Shown here one piece after another: positions 14,312 through 29,071 of a stretch of 64,000 nucleotides of DNA. This DNA comes from Azolla caroliniana. Taxonomy: Eukaryota > Plantae > Polypodiophyta. The notes under the pieces were generated by a model, which worked only from the letters and a program-made list of their open reading frames with translations, was not told the DNA's origin and ran no database searches. The stretch covers positions 10,478,001 to 10,542,000 of the forward strand of contig JBHGNT010000009.1 of the NCBI GenBank assembly GCA_043228905.1, read 5' to 3'. Position 1 is the first letter of the stretch. The number at the start of each line of letters is the position of its first letter. Position numbers and translations under genes: made by a program.

Positions 14312-17300
14312 CTTTCTTTTTTTACCAAAACAACACTACTTCACATTAGTTAGCAAACAAAGTACATCAAAGTTCAACCATATTCAGCAAAACTCACACT
14401 TCTCCCCACAGAACTAATCATAAACCCCACCCCCTCATTTACAACAAAAGTATCCCACCAACTCTTTTTACATGGTAGCGTACTTGTACCGTAGCTATAC
14501 ATATTTACATCTCCTGCCCACTAATGGAAGCCATTGGCGGAAACAACCATCTGGGTGCTTAGTAGTTCCATTTAGGCCCGTATGATGATTTGACTATTGT
14601 AGGAGAACCACCCCATTTCAACAGAAACTTTGACCGAGCCCTTTCTGCTTCATCCAAGTCCCCTTGAATCGAGTCGTATCATCCGCACAACCAAGATACC
14701 AACTCGAACCATATGTTTAGCAACCCCTCACCACTTGGGAGCTTTGGCTGCTGAAAAACAAACATACAACATCTAGTCCAACTATACCAGATCGATAAGC
14801 ACACCACCATCATCCATATCTCCTCAAAAAATGTAGAGTTTGTGCCAGCTCGTACTCCAACACATTAGAACACGCTGCCACCATGCACTATAAATCCATG
14901 ACCATGTGAATTTAACTGGTCCGCCTAACCTTCCCCTGTTAACTTCAAACCCTGTAAGGACCACCACACAACTCTCCCATTCACACCGCATGCTACCACT
15001 ATCTTGAGACTTGTACCCCAAATGTAAATCGCTTTTGCACAATTCCAAAAACAATGAGATATTGATTCCGAAGATTGTCCACATAGCTTATGGCCAGCCT
15101 CCCCACCACGACACCTCATCCACTCCCCTACAGGTATCGCCTTATGGCTAAGAAGCCACAACCAAACCTTTATTTTTTTTGGCATATCCAACACCCATTG
15201 TCTCCTCCAAAATGACTTCAACAAGTCCTCTTATATGCCTCTACCCCTCCAACTATTGCGAGTTAGAGAAGTGCCCAGTGATTTGGAGCCAATGACGTGC
15301 CTTCCTATTTTAGTACTATACTCAAAAAACCCCTCTAGTTTGTTCATTCCCAGTTTCTGCCACCATACCTCTAGTGGATCCCACTCCAAATCACATAGGG
15401 GCATGTTGTCAAATAGCCATAGTTTACAATCATTATCCAGCTTCCCTAGGTCCGGATTCGGTTGCCACTTCTTACCTTCCAACACTGCCACCCGCACTGC
15501 CAACCATCGGCCATTGTTGGACAAAGCACTTAGGTTTCCCCACAAGCGATATTCATTAGATGGGAACCTGCCACGGATAATTTGTGTATCGCCTTCACCT
15601 ACAAACCACCTAGACCAAAACCCCTCTTCCTCATTCAACCTATCTAGACCATAAATAGCCTTTTCTATCAGCTGGGTCACCTTTTCTAGCTTGCCAATAC
15701 ACATACTATTACCAGTCTGACCCTCCCTCCTCTTCATTTTGGAAACCTCCCAATCTCTTACTGAACTAACATTGTACCCTAACATGCGCCCCCATGACAA
15801 ATATTTTTTCGGTCCAAGCATCTTACCCTCTTCGCTTCTAATCTTAGGGTTCCAAAATAGCGGTTGTTAAAACTGTTCCTCCAACGTTTTCAGTTGCATT
15901 AAGACCGACCCTTCACTTACACATGACCAAGCCCTCATTGTGGCGCAGGCCACCCCATCCTCCATGCTAACTAGTTCTTTCAACTTTAGATCGGGACTGA
16001 ATGACCACCACATCTTTGCCTTCCAATGGTTGTCATTCCTCGGACACCAGAGGTCAGCTCTGTCCCTAAGAAGCATCTTCCATAATTATGGTCCAAGTTG
16101 TAGACTTCGTACCAGAATCTTACTGAGTAAAACTTACTTTGGTGAAATGGATCCACCAACCCAAGTCCACCATAATTTTTCACCTTGATCAAACAACTCC
16201 ACGCCACTTTAGTTGACGTCATCTCATGGTCTCTACCCGACCAAAGGAACCCTCTCACCATTGCCTTAATGTTTTTGATGCAAGATTTGTCTAACATCCA
16301 GAATGCCACTTGTGAGGAATCTTTCTCAGCCACAACCGAGATCCAAACACGCTATGAAAGAAACAAAACAGAAATGAAGATTGATACACTCACACAGGAA
16401 TGAGATGACATTGTATGTTTACGTGGAAAACCTCGAAAAGGCAAAACCACTGGAGTTCTCATACTCCGAACAAGATCACTATCTGAGAGAGGTACTATAG
16501 TGCGAGACTCGAAGGCAACGACCTTGAGCTCTATCTTCTCAAAGTGAAGCATGAGACATGCAATATGTTGATTGGTTTTCTTTGCTAAGGCAATCACCTC
16601 CCAAAAGGTCAACACATTATCAATTATGCATCTATTTTCCATTAATCCTGTTTTTCCAACATTAATTAGTGCATGCAAGTGGAGTTTGACCCTCTTGGCC
16701 AGATTATTGGCAAAAATCTTATAAATTGTGTTGAGCATTGTAATCGGTCTCGATTGCCTTGCATTAGCTATTAGACCATGTACCTTAGGAATTAGAAATA
16801 TCAGCCTCTCTTTAAAATACTCAAGTAAGCACCCAACATCCCATGCCTCATTTAGACCATCAACCAAGTCAACCTTAATCACTTCCCAAAAAATGTCAAA
16901 AAAAACAATTGATAATCCGTCGATGCCTAGACAAGAAGTTCTATATATCCCCGCCAAAGCATCCGACGCCTCCTCTTCCAAGAGTGGCCTTGACAGATTA
17001 ACTTGTGCAGCCTCTGAAATTCTTTGTTGCATTCCCTCCAATACAAGTTCTGTTAGAGTAGGTTGTTCGGGGATACTATAACTATTTGACAATAGCCCAC
17101 GATAGTGAGTTGTGACCACCTCCATGATCTCTGATACATCCTCCGACAATGATCCATCCTCCTTAATCAGCTTAGGATTGTAGCTACAGTTTGTTCTCGG
17201 TTTTTTATACTTAAAAAAATTGTTGGTTTACCTTATCCCCATTCTTGTGCCACCATGACGTGGAACTCCTGAATAACATCATGTTTCTAGACACAATCAA

Positions 17301-19708
17301 CCGTGGTAGCATTTCTCTAGCAGCTTCAAGTCCTGCTCTAGACCAGTGACACATGGGATCTTTCTGAAGCATTCTTTGGGCAACTGTTATCAATCTTCTT
17401 AATCTCACTTCTCTTTCCTTAGACCTCACAATTCTATTTTTAGTCTCCGCTTGGAAATACATTGAAGTTTCAATAATCTTCCCTGTAAGTTTATCAAGTG
17501 TACCACAACCAGCTGGAATACTTGCCCATATGCTCCTTATCTTCCTTCCTACCTTTGCATCCTCAAAAAACTTACTGTTGATCCTCAGGTTGCAATCCCT
17601 TTCTGGCCTCCTCTAGTTGACTAGCATAATCTTAACCGACATATGATCAAAATACGCTTCACCAACGATGAGTTCAACATTGTTGCCATATTTTTCTAGT
17701 TCCGAGCTTATGTATATTCTGTCTATGTGAGACATGCAAAAGCCATTTATACTGCAGCATGCTCTTGAGAAGCTTAGAGAACTCTGAGGCTTTTTTAGTA
17801 GATACCAAACATCTTTCACTCTTATTCCGCCCATCAACAAAACCCATGCAGCGAACTCTAACCCTGCACCACCGTATGCATGCCCCCCACCTTGTCCTCT
17901 GTGTGAAAAGACATGTTAAAATCCCCTGTGAGGATCCACACATCGGCAAACGGCAGGCCATCGGCCAATTTCCTCCAAAAAAAGGCACGCATCGTTGATG
18001 AATTGGGTGCATATACATTTATAATCTCGACTATAGATCGATGCCATCTGACAATCACATAGATGGCACGTCCCTCCACTATGGTGTCCTAGCCCACAAC
18101 AACAATATCTACATTATTCCTGATAGATGTACAAACACCCCCTTTTCTACCATGCTCACCCTAAGTTGGGGACCAAAAAGTATGTCATCACCCCTCAAGA
18201 GGATTGTCAATACTCAAGATTTTGTTCACACTCAAATGGTGCTTTTGCAAGAGAAAAATGTCTGGGATCCCCTTAAAGCTCGGGGATTTTAATTCCTGAC
18301 GGAAGTTCTTCTTTTCCATCATGCATTTGTTGCCACCTAGACCTTGTATGTTCCACGTGATTAATTTCATTAAATCAATTGTGAAGTCTCCCAAGAAGGA
18401 CATAGTCTGTCCCCTCGAGTCCATGCCCAATCTCCCTCACTGATCCTCTCCCATCCTAACACCACACCATGCCTTGTATCTTCTTCCAGTTCCTCCTCAT
18501 GGAAGTGTAACACCTCATCGAGGGAGTCTACCCTCTCCTCTAGGCATAGGGGTAGCTACTTTTTAATGCAAGAATCGTTGAAACTCCCATATATCATTCC
18601 AACATTCATCCGCATTGACATCCATTTATCTCCATTTGAGGTGGTGGGTGGGTTGTTAAAGTATTGTGCACCCTGACTTCTCTAGAGTTGGAGATCCATG
18701 CCATTTTGCAGGCCGAAACCTCCAGGTTCGTCAGGTCAAAAGAGAAGCCTACATTCGGCAGCTTGTTTCATTAAGCGACAATCACATAAACCCTCAGCCC
18801 TAGGGCTTCCTCATGACACAAATAAGTCGGTCTTATGGGAGCCTATTGCCTAAACCTAAACCCCTTGCCAAGCGTGTCCCTTTCCGATCTTTTGGACCTA
18901 ACAAATTTGACCGGAACTCTGACATCTGCCTCCATACTTACTTGTCTCAATGCTTGCAACTTCTAAATTTCGGAAGTGGTGGATTAGCTTTCTTGACACC
19001 TCCCATTGCATAACTATTATTTCACTACTCTCAATCCAATACTTCCACTTTTACCAATGGAGGAGGGGGAGCTCATGGCATTTTCTTGTCTAAGTTGTGC
19101 ATTGTTTGGCAAGACATCGGGTGTGCACGCTACCACCTCTTCACTCTTCAACATTAGTTGTCCTTTGATCCTGTAATAGGTCCTCCTCTTCTTGCAACAC
19201 TTCAAAACAACTTCTCAAATCTACATGAGGTGTAGCCGTGTTTCCTTTTTGTTGCAATCCATTTTTACGTCCCAAAACAACAATCTAGACGTTGGCATTA
19301 ACCTTCACATTCTCGGCCCTATTGAGAGTACTCTATCTTGCCACCCCTGTCTTCTCTTGCTTAGCTATCGGCCCCTTAACCTTCTCCTCCCTTACATTAT
19401 TGTTGATCTTCCTGGGGCATTCCTTAGCAATGTGGCCCTTTTTATATAATAGAAACATTGACCAGGTAGTCCCTCATATTCCACTTCCACATCTATCAGT
19501 CTTGCCTCTACATCGTGCACCCTAATTATAGTGGGGAGTGTGGACAAACTTTACTCAAGAACCCTAATCTTAGGGGAGTCTCTGATTTTGTTTACCATGG
19601 TTGCCTTTGAAGGACAAACTGTGCCAATCTTCTCCCCAATCTTTTGCATCAAGAAATATAATTTTCACGGAAGATTAGGAAATATAACTTGTGGAGACAA
19701 CTGTCTCT
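14312..19708 (-). mobile_element. Near full-length decayed L1/Tx1-like LINE
   Basis: ORF1 zinc knuckle (EYEGLPGQCF..KKGHIAKECP, about 19410-19490), APE endonuclease (LITWNIQGLG, NVYAPN, GDFNM, HIDRIY, DH), RT (RPITMLNTIYKIF), zf-RVT (KVWLWLLSHKAIPVGEW). Poly(T) at 14317-14323. Degenerate TSD ATGAC..TAAAGG..ATATTT at 14292 and 19709. Confidence 0.9.
16335..16534. repeat. Copia-type LTR fragment replacing the central RT of the L1
   Basis: TTTACGTGGAAAACCTC..AAAACCAC motif typical of plant copia LTRs. L1 RT breaks at LHFEK and resumes near the C-terminal region, so YADD is absent. Boundaries approximate. Confidence 0.55.
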
Positions 19709-19808
19709 ATGACATATAAAGGTTATATTTTCATTTTGAGATTTGGCATATGTGATCTTGTTCCGTCTTTGGTATGCATTAACAACAAAAAGGAAGAAAA
19801 TGAATCAT

Positions 19809-20000
19809 TTACAATAGTTTGAAATTAGGAGAAAAAAAGCATTCATGAGCATTGAGACCTAATATTGATTTCTCTATAGTAATTTGATGGGATTTAAGGA
19901 GTTCGACAAAGACCTTCATGACATACTTACGTTGCTCCAAAATTAACATTAATAAGATTTCAAGTGATCTTGCTATATCTACATGATTTGGATATTCCAT
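19809..20000 (-). pseudogene. Decayed TPR (kinesin-light-chain/TPR_12-like) repeat fragment
   Basis: PNHVDIARSLEIL..EQRKY..ITIEKSILG resembles the consensus HPDVATSLNNLA..QGKY..IREKVLG. Confidence 0.4.
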
Positions 20001-21768
20001 CTTTTTTTATGTCAGGCATTGAAGATCTAATACATAGCTTAGGTTGTCCTAGATGGCTCACCTTTTCACCATTGCACATTGTGATTTAGTGTGACAATGA
20101 AGAATTTATAATCATATATTGATGTCAAATATTTATTCTCAAGTCCACAAGATTTCCATTATTATTAATGACTTCTCTTCACACAAGTCATTGTTCATGA
20201 ACCCATAAATACATGCATGTATATAATCTCTTATAAAGGTGCACTAATGATTAATTGAACATGGAGAATGGCATCATGAAGGTTGGTTTAGCTAAACACT
20301 AGTTGGATACACAAGTGCAATTAGTGATTCCTCTTGAACACATATGCCTTAAAGAATAACACAAGTAAGCAAAGAGTCAACGTTGATGAATAACCTTCAT
20401 GTTCTAATACAACATAAAGATTTAGACAACTAGTTCAATAGTCCTATAGTGGAAATAGATAAATAGGGGTGCGTGCTCCTGTACACGTACATAGAATAGA
20501 ATAGATTTTTTTATCATCCAGGAGGAGGCCAATTTTGACCTACGCGACCATACCAACATATCTCTTGTATGTGACTCCTTCCAAGGAAATGCTACAAGCA
20601 TAACTGTAACCATAATTATCAGCTAATTTGTAAGGATGAAGAGTGAGTGTTGAGTTATCTCGATACTACGGTGAGAGATCACTTTAAAGTGTTCCATCAC
20701 TTGGCTACTTTTTATAAAAAACCCAACCAAGTGTGAAATACACACAAGGACCTAGGGTTTGAGCCTATGTTAGAAGGCTAGCTACCTTCAATGAACGGGC
20801 ATCTCTTTTCTTTATTATTTTGAGATAGGGACTTTGACAGTGTGGCAAAGGTCTAGCTTCATACACGTATGCCTCCATCTTCTTCAAGCCCAAGGTACAA
20901 TCCATGTATGTACACGGTTGTATGGGACACTGGCTAGGGACGTGGATCCGTCTCTCACCTTCACTACGGGGTGGTCAAGTGGACTGGCACCCTTTCTTCA
21001 TTATTTTCCTCTTTAATTTTGCATAATGTTAATTAAAATTCTATAAGGAAAGGGAGTTACTGCTATGTAGTGAAAAATCTCTATGTGAAAATAATGTGTG
21101 CACATATGCATTCAGCCTTCTTGGTAGACATTTGATTATTACATTTATATTATCGTGATTGTCTAATAAGTCCTCATATTTCTCCAAAATTACCTTATAT
21201 ATTCAGCATGCGATAAGTACGTGATACTCATCCTCCACTAGGTTTCCACTGTATACTTTGCATATCTTCACATTATGGTGGTGATGCAATGATGCCACCT
21301 CAACACCAAACTTGCGTAAATCAATTAGATGAAGTGTTGTGGCTTTCTAGATCTAACCACTGTGATAGTGAGACATGTTTGGATACGTTCAAGATTGCAT
21401 TTTCCCCGTGTATTGGGGCCAATAATAGAGAGAGAGTAGCTAAGATAATCCGAGCTTTTATTGACAAATAAATGGAAAGATGACAATGATAAGAACACTC
21501 TTATATGAACACTAATCAACAATATACAAGAGGACATAGTTGTAAATGCATAAAGAAGCTAACATCAATTTAGTAAAAATAGGAGAGTGAGTACGCTGCG
21601 TAAAATAACCACCTAATTATACAATGCAAAGTTATCTCCCATTCATTAAGTCAATGGTGAGCTTAAACATATGTGTCTTCTAATGAGCCACACATAAGGT
21701 GTTCAGTTGAGCATGTTATATCAACATGTCTACACAGACACTTTGGTCAATAGTTGGTGGTTCCCTAG

Positions 21769-24700
21769 TGTTTGAGTCTGAGATTGTCGGTACAAAAACA
21801 AGAACAATATTTATTCTAAGAAGATCACCAAGTTAACAAGTTAAAGCACGATCAAGGAGAAAAAGTGCGAGAAAGAGAGAGACAAGGAGGCACACAATGT
21901 AACAGTCTGTTCAGTCTTATTCCAAAAGTTACAATACAAGAATGACACTATCAAGAACACCTTGAACGAGGTTACAGAACCAGTTATATACCAGCTAAGC
22001 TAGGGCAACTACCCTTTGACATATTTACATTATTGTCCTAAACTTATTCTATCCAAAGGATGGTGTGAATACGACCATTATACACTCGTATTCGACACTC
22101 CCCCATAATGGGCGTATAGAACAAAAAATCTGTACTAAATGAGTAAGCAAAAGAATACATATGTATACAAAGGTTATCAAAAACATCGGCCTTGTTCGAA
22201 TAAGAAATAATCGAGTCAACCAAGGTCGGAAGGACTAAAGTCGAATTGGCCAGTTCGACAATACATCTAAGTCGGAGTGTTTGAAGCCGAGTCGTCTATG
22301 TCAATTGTCAAATGTCTGAAACCTATCCTGGGTTTCTGACTCAATCAGACTGATTTTTCTGAACGCCCATCTGGTGCCTAAGAGACTAGAATCGGTCTAT
22401 CGGAAGACAATTCATCATCCCATCTGTGACATTATTAGCTGTAGATATCTTCTTGAGGCCGATTTTCCCTAAAATGACGCAGTCCTAAACGAAGTGATAT
22501 CTCACATCGATGTGCTTTGAGGCATTGTGTTGAACCAGATTTCTCCACAAAGCAACAACATCCTAACTGTCACTATAGGCAATTGGGCCAAGTCATAGTA
22601 GACTTGTCAAAACGTGTGTGCCAACCGAGTGAGCCATAAGGATTCTTTCGTCACGTCGGACGCTGCTACATATTCGGCCTCGGTCGTTGACATAGCAGTG
22701 CACTTCCATGAGATTGCTCCATTGCGGATGAAGCAGTCTCCGGTTGTCGATTTTCCACTGTCTACACAACCGGAAAAGTTTGTGTCCGTATAACCGACTA
22801 CGCTTGAAGTATCATTTGGGCCGAATAGGATGCCATAGTCTTTTGTGCTCACCAGATATATAAACATATGCTTACTGAATTCCAATGCGATCGATCGGGA
22901 TTTTGCATAAATCTGTTGATGACTCCTACAATGATCATTGCATACATTAAGGAGCCAATAGTCGGTGCGTATGGCACCAACCTCATAATTTCCCCCTCAG
23001 GACTAGATGTCGGGCAGTCCTTCTGACATAACCGAAGGCTAATTGGGAGTGGGGTCAAAGCAGATTTTGTCTATTGCATGTTGAAGCGTTCTAAGACACG
23101 AACCACGTAGCCGGCATGCACAAAAACAATTTTCATTGATTCTGAAACTGACTTATCTTCATCCCTAAAATATGTTTCGCCGGACCAAGGTCCTTCATGG
23201 TGGACTTCAGCCGCAGTTGTCAAACGAGTTCGGAGAGTTCTCTGGCAACGCGGCCAAAGAGTAGCATGTCGTCCACATAGATGATGGGAAGATGGGTGAT
23301 CCATCTCGAGTTGTTTTGGTGAAGAGACAGTGGTCCTCATCACATTTTGAGAAGCCGACCAATTCGATGAGGTCATCGAACTTCTTGTACCACTATCGTG
23401 GTGCTTGCTTTAGGCTGTATAAACTCTTCCTGAGTTGGCAAACTAGATGTTGGTGGCCAGATACCACGAACCTTTTCGGCTACACCATATAAATTTCCTC
23501 CTCTAGGTCATCATGGAGGAATACCATTTTTACATCTAGTTGAATTAGCTCCAAATTTCTGGCTGCCATGACACCAAGCACGAAGCGAAGGGTTGTCATT
23601 TTCACCACTGGTGAAAAGATTTTGTCTAAGTCAGTGTCGTATTGTTGTTGAAACTCTTTCGCTACTAATCTGGCCTTGAATTTTGGGGTGGCTGAATCAG
23701 ACATCTCTTTTAGTCTCTAGACCCACTTGCACGAAAGAGCATGTCGATTTTCGGAAGTTTGATTAGGTCCCAAGTCTTATTTTTCCAAATAGAGTTCATC
23801 TTTGACTCCATCACCAGATGCCATGTGGCCGAATCGGCTAATGCCGATGCTTCTTCGTATGATGTCGACTCACCAGTGTCCCTAAAGAAGATTCCAAGAG
23901 AGTACTTCTTTGGAGGCTGAGATAGACTTTTGGATCTCCTTCGTATGACTACGCTAGCTTGATCGGGTATCTGGGTTGGATGGTCCAGAGCCGAAATGTT
24001 CGGCTATGCCAAATCGGTTGGAGTTGATTCGGTGTTAGAGGATTCGGCTACTCGTGAATCCAACCTCGTGTTATGAGTTGGGCCATCATGAAGGGTTGGC
24101 ACTTTCGAGAAAGTTACCCTTCGGACTTCAAAAGGCCTTTCGGCCATCTTATGCATAGCCAACTCGTTGAACACTATGTCCGAACTTTGGACAATTTTTC
24201 TGTGCTCGAGGTCCTAGAGTCGGTATCCGATCTCGTCATTTGATCCATAGCCAAGGAGAATGCATTTCTAGGACCTTGGTTTGAGCTTTCGGCGATCATC
24301 TTTTGATATGAAAGCGTAAGCCTCACAGCCAAAAATCCTCACTTTCTCATAATTCGGCTTTCTATAGTCCATAATTCCTGAGGTATTTGAGGTCCTAGAG
24401 GCCCGTTCGGCGACATATTGATTATGTGTACTGTCGTATGTAGGGCCTCTACCCAGAAACCATCCGACAGTCCAAGGTGTTCGAACATGGACACTATTCA
24501 TTCCTGAATTGTCTGATTCACCCTTTCGGCAATTTCGTTCTACTCCGGACTATGTGGTGTCGTGTATTCACATTTGATGTCGTGTTGCCAACAAAATTTG
24601 ATGAATTCTTCAGACTTAAACTCTCCCCCGTTGTCGGTTTGAGGGCATTTCAGCTTTCGACCAGACTGATTTTTTACCATGGCGAGCCATTCAGAACAGA

Positions 24701-27271
24701 TCGAGAACACTCGATCTTTGGTTCTGACAAGATATGCCCACACCTTTTGAGTCGAATTGTTGATGTAGTGGACAAAGTATGAGGCACCGCCAAGAGACTG
24801 ATGTGGCATCGGGCCACATATATCTGAATGGACCAAATTGAGCGGACTCGATTCTCTTGGTGTTGCCATGGGGTGTGAAGTGGTTGTCTGTTTGTCGTAT
24901 TGGCAATGCTCACAAAAATGGTGGTCCAAGAAGGAGAGTTTGGGGATGTATCGGCTCTAGATAAGTGTGTTATGCTGGCCTTGCTAAGGTGTCTAAGTCT
25001 TCTGTGCCATAATAATAACACGGGAACATCAACCAGGAATAAGTCACCCTCTCTGAGTGTGACATATAACGGGTACAGTGAATGTACTTTCGGTCCTCAA
25101 GCAAGCAAGAGGTTCCCCTTGTAGAGTGTCCACCCTCCTAATGAGAAGTTGACACAGATGTCATCTTCATCCAACTATTCGATCGAGATCCGCGGTCTCG
25201 AGAGCTAAGGTACATGTCGAACATTGTGTAGTATCAATGTAGAGCCTCCTAGAAGGTTGAGCTCTACAGTGCCGATTCTAGTTATGTCACAATGCTACGA
25301 ATTTCCGAATATTGCCAAAATTGGGATCTATGAGGGGTCACGTGGTAGGATGCACCCGAATCCAGGAGCCATTTGGTCGATTCCTCAATCATAAGCAAAA
25401 CTTCTAATTCTCCTAATTTTTCTTTAAAGAGAATGTTCAGGTCATCCATCAATACTTTAGTTGAAGTGCCGATGTAGTTAACTTCCTCATGTTGGTCACC
25501 CATCTTATCAGCTCATTGAGCTATATCCTTCTCAGCTTTGAGGGTGCGGCAATCAGCCTTGATGTGTCCGGGTTTCTTGCAGTAGTTGCAGGTTCGATTG
25601 TCCCAGGACTTGCTCCGGCTTCGCACATTGTTCGACGGTCAAGAAGAACTTCTTCCTCAACTGTTCGGTTGGTCGGCCGAACCTAGTACTACGAAGGCGT
25701 CACTGGCCAAATTGTTTGCAAATGATTTCCTTCGAGACTACTCATGAGCAACATTGCATTTAATTCGTCTTCGATTGTCATCCCTTGAGTCGAAATTTGG
25801 GAGCTTAAGCTTTCATACTCATTGAGGTGTGCCTGGACTGAGTCAGATCCTTTCATCCGAAGGTTGTAGAGATGTTGGATCGTATATATCATTGTTGAGA
25901 CGATCTTCTTTTCTTAAGTGTCCAAGAGTGTCTTCCATAGTTCGAAGGCATTCCAACACCACTACACTGTGAAGTACACTAACTCCGACAAGTGCATCCG
26001 AATGGTGGCACGGACGATTCTGTCTAGCTTTGTCCACTCATTCGGCATGACATATCCTTCTAGAGCATTTTAGTCTCGATTGGGTCGATCTGACCGTTGA
26101 CTATTAAATAGTCTTGTAATCACTCCTTCTAGAATTGAAGTTTGATTCGCCAAACTTCCTTAGACTCACCTCTAACGAGTCGGATGTTGAAGCCATTTTG
26201 ATGTGATTCAACTAGTCGGAAAGTTCTGTTCGGAGGTGGTTATGATCGGTAGGAGGGGTGCAACCGGATGGTTCACCCGAATTTGATCTAGCCAAATTGG
26301 ACACAAACTTAATCAATTGTTCGGTTAGTTCTGCTCAAAGTGGATACAGGTAGGTGTGGAGTAGAACCAATTGGTCTCTCCTTTGTGATGCCTAGCCGAG
26401 TTGAGTACGAATCGTGACGATTGGATTTTCGATTTGACTTGATTGCCAATCCTGCTTGAGGTGACTACAACAACCAAAGGGACAGAATCGATTGTTCTTC
26501 CCGAATGTTGCTTAGCCGAGCTAAGCACGGATTAGACCGATCAAAGTGTGAATCACAGTATTAGTGTGCCGTTTTCAGTGATGATCCTGCTTCCGAGTGG
26601 CTACGATAGAGGGAGGGACAGAGCTGACTAGTCTTCCCGGATCTCTTCTAGCCAGATGGAGCACAAATGGCATTAGATCTGATGCCTATTCTGCTTCGAT
26701 TGGTTAAGTGGGCAACGCCAATTGGCCTGTCTGAATTTTGCTTAACCTAATGAGGCACGAATGAGACTTGTTTGACGTAGGTTCCACTCCGAGTGGCTAT
26801 GATCACAGGAACAAGGTATAGCCGACTGGCCTACTTTGGAGGTGATCTAGCTCACTGGACTATAGACCAACTAGTGTCTTTCTTCTCTTCTCTTGATGGT
26901 TGTTGAACTTGGTGTCTTCAAGATGACAGGGGCAATGTTGTTGTTGAAGATAGATGACAATCGATAGCGAGTTGAAGAACCTGACTCTGATACCAGATGT
27001 TGGAGTCTAAGACCGTCAGTATGGAAACAAGAATGGATTTATGCTAAGAAGATCACCAAGTTAACAAGTTAAAGCAGGATCAAGGAGATAGAGTGTGAGA
27101 AAGAGAGAGACAAGGAGGCACACAATGTAATAGTCTCATTCCAAAAGTTACAATACAAGAATGACACTATCAACAACACCCTAAACTAGGTTACGAAGCC
27201 AGTTATATGCATACATAATCCTTTATCTCTGAACTTCTTTATACTTTTATTATGCATAGTGATATTCGACA
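21769..27271 (-). mobile_element. Full-length but decayed Ty1/copia element (copia-3), older relative of copia-5
   Basis: LTRs at 21769-22097 and 26998-27271, both beginning TGTCGAATA on the minus strand. PPT 22098-22104, PBS 26985-26995. Gag (LYNLRMKGSDSVQAHLNEYE), PR (WLLDSGASYH), INT, RT and RH all present with many stops. No clear TSD. Confidence 0.93.
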
Positions 27272-27699
27272 ACTGCTATTCTATTGTGGTTATAGAGCTT
27301 GTGCATGGAAGAAGTTCAATTTCATTCGTAGTTTTGAAGGAGGGATACAAAAAGAGAAGAAGAACAAAAAAATCACCATTTACAATGAAAACGCAAATAG
27401 ATTGCTCTCTCCCAAGTGAGAAGCCTGATTGAAGTAACTTTGCATCATGGAAATATAAGATGTATCAATACCTTGTAGTAAGCACGGGAAAACCTAAAGA
27501 AGATTTTTTCGATCAAAACAAATCATTGAGAATCTTCAACTCCATCAAGATTTGAATAACATTTCAACAAAAGAATGCCCATCAACAACTATATTTTAAA
27601 AATATAATTATTGACTAATCTCTTTCATCAATCATCATAAACATGAATAAGGACAAGATGAAGGACATATGCCTCAACCATAATATGGCAATTTGAGTG

Positions 27700-28712
27700 C
27701 TCGCATATACTGGTCATAAAGGGATTGTAGATTCCGATCCGATCAAAGTACAACCAGAATGGCACATATGTACTCATGAAAACACATGGTTGGGACCTTT
27801 TGCAATGGGTGTGGCGTGATCCTTATGCGGTTCAAGGAAGCAAAGCCATCCCTTTCTTCCAATTCACGACTAGATTGGGTCGCCACATTCTAGCCGCTCA
27901 AACCGCCCGAGAGCTGGCTAGTGCCAAGGTATGGCACACATATCATGTTCCTCGTACAATTATCACTTACGTTTGGCAAAAAATCTAGAAACAACAACAT
28001 GCTAGGCGAATTACCACGTTCCAATGGTTATTGATACATAAGTCCCTACCGGTTGGAGCATGGCAAGATGCAAACCTTAGCTCTCCTAATTGTGTAGCGT
28101 GCCCAAATGCAACAAAATCAATCTGACACGCTCTGTGGGACTGCCCAGAAATCCATCGAATATGGCGCTGGGTTGGCCGCCTATTGTAATTATGTTAGGT
28201 GCAAGGCATAATCAAGTGGGGAAATGTATGTTGGTTTTCATGGTAGGCCCTAGTTTACAAGTACGAACATTAAGAGGGGATGACTTTGGTGATAAAAGCA
28301 CAAGAGGGTTTTTTCCCACCATCAACAATATCCACCCAACTCCTATTAATGCCAAAACTCAAGTTGTGTTGGAATTGGTCAGCCCAATAACTCCTTGGAT
28401 TCTAAGGAAACAACAGTGTCGAAGGGTCTTCTCCAACGAAACCACGCATGTCTAGTAATGTTAATGCGAGAGATATGGAGTGAAGTTGTAGCCAACTCTA
28501 AAGAGCCAATACGATGGCCTCAAGGGCAAATCCGATGGAGTTGAAAGACAATGACTAGCCTTCATCCAACAATGATCGTCCTCTCCCTTTCTTGAGTCAG
28601 TGGCCATTCACATAAGATGGAACTATCACGTCCCTGCAAGGATTTGTATATAACACTCTCATCTATAAAATTTTATAACTAATGGGAGTTTTTTTTTTTG
28701 TAAAAAAAAAAA
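27700..28712 (+). mobile_element. Decayed 3' part of an L1/Tx1-like LINE
   Basis: FQWLLIHKSLPVGAW..CVACPN..HALWDCP zf-RVT motif; poly(A) at 28702-28712. Left boundary approximate. Confidence 0.8.
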
Positions 28713-29071
28713 GAGAACTAGTGGAACAAACAATTTATGGTCATTTAACCATATGGTAAGTCAAGGCGAATGGTTTCATGACTTGCAAACGCGAAGACAC
28801 CTACCCAATTCACCATATCAGATATCCCATTTGGCTACAACAATAGACAGTAGAAATGCATAAAAAACGATCGAGTGCCACTTCTTCTCCAAACGAAAGT
28901 CTACAACAAGCATGAGAGTAGATTACCTACATTTCTATTAAGGATGGAAGACTGAACGACATCCCTACAAGCAAGCAAGCAACAAATGCATTATATTTGA
29001 AGGAGCTCCCTTGGAATATGTTTGGCAATATATCAACTTCGGGATTTTCTCAAAGACGCACAATTCTCTTA

